Source: Phycisphaerae bacterium (lineage in GTDB: Bacteria; Planctomycetota; Phycisphaerae; Phycisphaerales; SM1A02). Taken from it: a DNA stretch of 64,000 bases. A program made the translations under genes and the position numbers. Below are positions 62,933 to 64,000 of this stretch, in pieces (within the stretch, counting starts at the first letter, position 1; each line of letters begins with the position of its first letter). The stretch spans positions 209,328 to 273,327 of the forward strand of contig PAAJ01000018.1 of the NCBI GenBank assembly GCA_002702575.1. The letters are read 5' to 3'. The notes beneath the pieces were generated by a model. The model saw nothing but the letters and a program-made list of their open reading frames with translations. It was not told the origin of the DNA and made no database searches.

Positions 62933-63499
62933 TTGAGGAAAGATGACATGACTCGCCTATTCGCCCTCGCGCTCAGTGGACTTCTCGGTTTGGTCGTTCT
63001 TGGAACGGGTTGCTCGGTGACACCGGACACGATCGAGGGTCGAAACAATCTCATGGCGGATGCAGAGGAGGCGATGAGCCGGTTTCGTGAGATGGATCCC
63101 CGTACGGAATCCTTCTTCAGGAACGCGTATGCGTATGTCGTCTTCCCGAAGATCACCATGGGTGGCGCTGGTATCGCCGGTGCCTATGGACGTGGCGTCG
63201 TCTTCCGGGACGGCATGCAGGATGGATTTGCCGATGTGACACAGGGGAGTCTGGGCGCCCAGTTGGGCGGCATGTCCTGGTCAGAGATCATGTTCTTCGA
63301 GAACCGCTGGACTTTCGACAAGTTCAGAAGCAATCAGTTCGCGGCCTCGGCCAACGCTTCCTGGGCAGGGCCCAACGAAGGTGGCACGAATACCCTCAAC
63401 TACAGTGGTGGCGTCATGATCTTCACGATGGACACCAAGGGATTCGCGGTCACGGCAGCGGTTGGCGCACAGCAGTTCAACTACGAAGCCACTCGCTGA
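62933..63499 (+). CDS. SYLF (Ysc84/DUF500) domain lipoprotein
   Basis: Lipobox LGTGC. YVVFPKITMGGAGIAGAYGRGVVF is typical of SYLF domains. Confidence 0.7.
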   Translation: MRKDDMTRLFALALSGLLGLVVLGTGCSVTPDTIEGRNNLMADAEEAMSRFREMDPRTESFFRNAYAYVVFPKITMGGAGIAGAYGRGVVFRDGMQDGFADVTQGSLGAQLGGMSWSEIMFFENRWTFDKFRSNQFAASANASWAGPNEGGTNTLNYSGGVMIFTMDTKGFAVTAAVGAQQFNYEATR

Positions 63500-63874
63500 T
63501 TCGCTTCGGATCAGAAATTCGCCATCACGACAATGACAAGAGCAAAGGCGGCTGCCACGGCACGGCGGGCCCAACGTTCGAATCGCATTCTCTATCCCTT
63601 CCAGGTCACCGATTTTCCAGGTCGGTGATCTCTTTCTCTTCCTTCAACATAGCTCCGGATCGGGGAGATCCAAATCGCAGACAGCGTATCGCGGGCTGAA
63701 GGCATCGGTTTCTTCCACAATCTGCTCCCATCTGGGTGCCTCGGTGCTTCAGTTGGCAATCGACTGTCGGTTTCTGGCTCTATTATCGGGGTCATCAGAC
63801 CCGGAGGACGGTCCCGGGCCGGCCGGCTGACCGTCCTTTCGACCCGGCTCAGCATCCATCTCAGGAGGATCCAC

Positions 63875-64000
63875 GTGCTGCCTGCAAGACTATCCATCAT
63901 CGTGATGCTGCTCATGACCAGTCCGGTCGCGGCCAGGCCACTCGACCCGGGCTCGTTCGATGAGCGTCCCCTGAGTCGAATCGCCTTTGGTTCCTGTGCA
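63875..64000 (+). CDS. 5' fragment of a secreted PhoD-like phosphatase (runs off the window)
   Basis: AGGAGG lies 6 nt upstream of the GTG at 63875. A signal-like LSIIVMLLMTSPVAA is followed by RIAFGSCA, as in PhoD-type N-termini. Only 42 codons are visible. Confidence 0.45.
   Translation, partial: MLPARLSIIVMLLMTSPVAARPLDPGSFDERPLSRIAFGSCA

Noticed and set aside
63511-63588. 25-codon minus-strand micro-ORF (MRFERWARRAVAAAFALVIVVMANF) with a purine-rich stretch upstream, possibly a small membrane peptide.
   Set aside because: It is too short to support from sequence alone, and ORFs of this size arise by chance. A plus-strand hairpin with a T-rich tail at about 63604-63640 offers a competing explanation for the region.
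1-64000. Search by eye for CRISPR arrays, IS elements or terminal inverted repeats, integrases, rRNA and prophage modules.
   Set aside because: None was found. The only tandem repeats lie inside coding regions (8925-9010 and 56153-56424). No transposase-like or recombinase-like ORFs are present. The tRNA genes are not followed by integrase genes or direct-repeat scars that I could detect.

Overview
Dense chromosomal segment, GC in the high 50s % by eye, with about 60 protein genes and 3 tRNAs. Most genes are housekeeping. I saw no rRNA, CRISPR array, transposase, integrase or prophage hallmark.

Recognisable core genes: aroB, mraZ, csrA, dapF, an astC-like/astA/astD arginine succinyltransferase block, tilS, serS, nadK, gmhA, trxB, aspS, lpxB, truB, tatA, mltA, a UbiD-family decarboxylase, proC, accA, lspA and upp. 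There are also several transporters: one DAACS, one AGCS, one NSS and two ABC ATPases.

lpxB, lspA, mltA, tatA and gmhA indicate a Gram-negative type envelope. An mraZ with no dcw genes behind it, dockerin-like repeats, a CxxCH secreted protein and many lipoproteins suggest Planctomycetota/PVC. That assignment is inference only.

Many neighbouring genes overlap by ATGA, TGATG or GTGA, which implies translational coupling.

Main leads:
1. A six-gene plus-strand operon (1108-6718). It opens with a ParA/MinD ATPase fused to a CBM48-type glucan-binding domain, followed by a P-loop-less MinD-like partner, a DUF2752 membrane protein, two paralogous lipoproteins and a divergent GT1-like protein. It may be a cargo-positioning system.
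2. A DksA/TraR-type protein with a long histone-H1-like KKA-repeat tail and only one of the four zinc-finger cysteines.
3. A strong orphan intrinsic terminator about 380 nt downstream of mraZ and convergent with csrA, implying an unannotated transcript.
4. An mraZ promoter with GTGGG(G) direct repeats at 10-bp phasing.
5. A stand-alone PD-(D/E)xK-fold protein co-oriented behind two Na+-coupled transporters, each of which carries a large hydrophilic insertion.

All domain calls are by-eye motif recognition. No searches were run.
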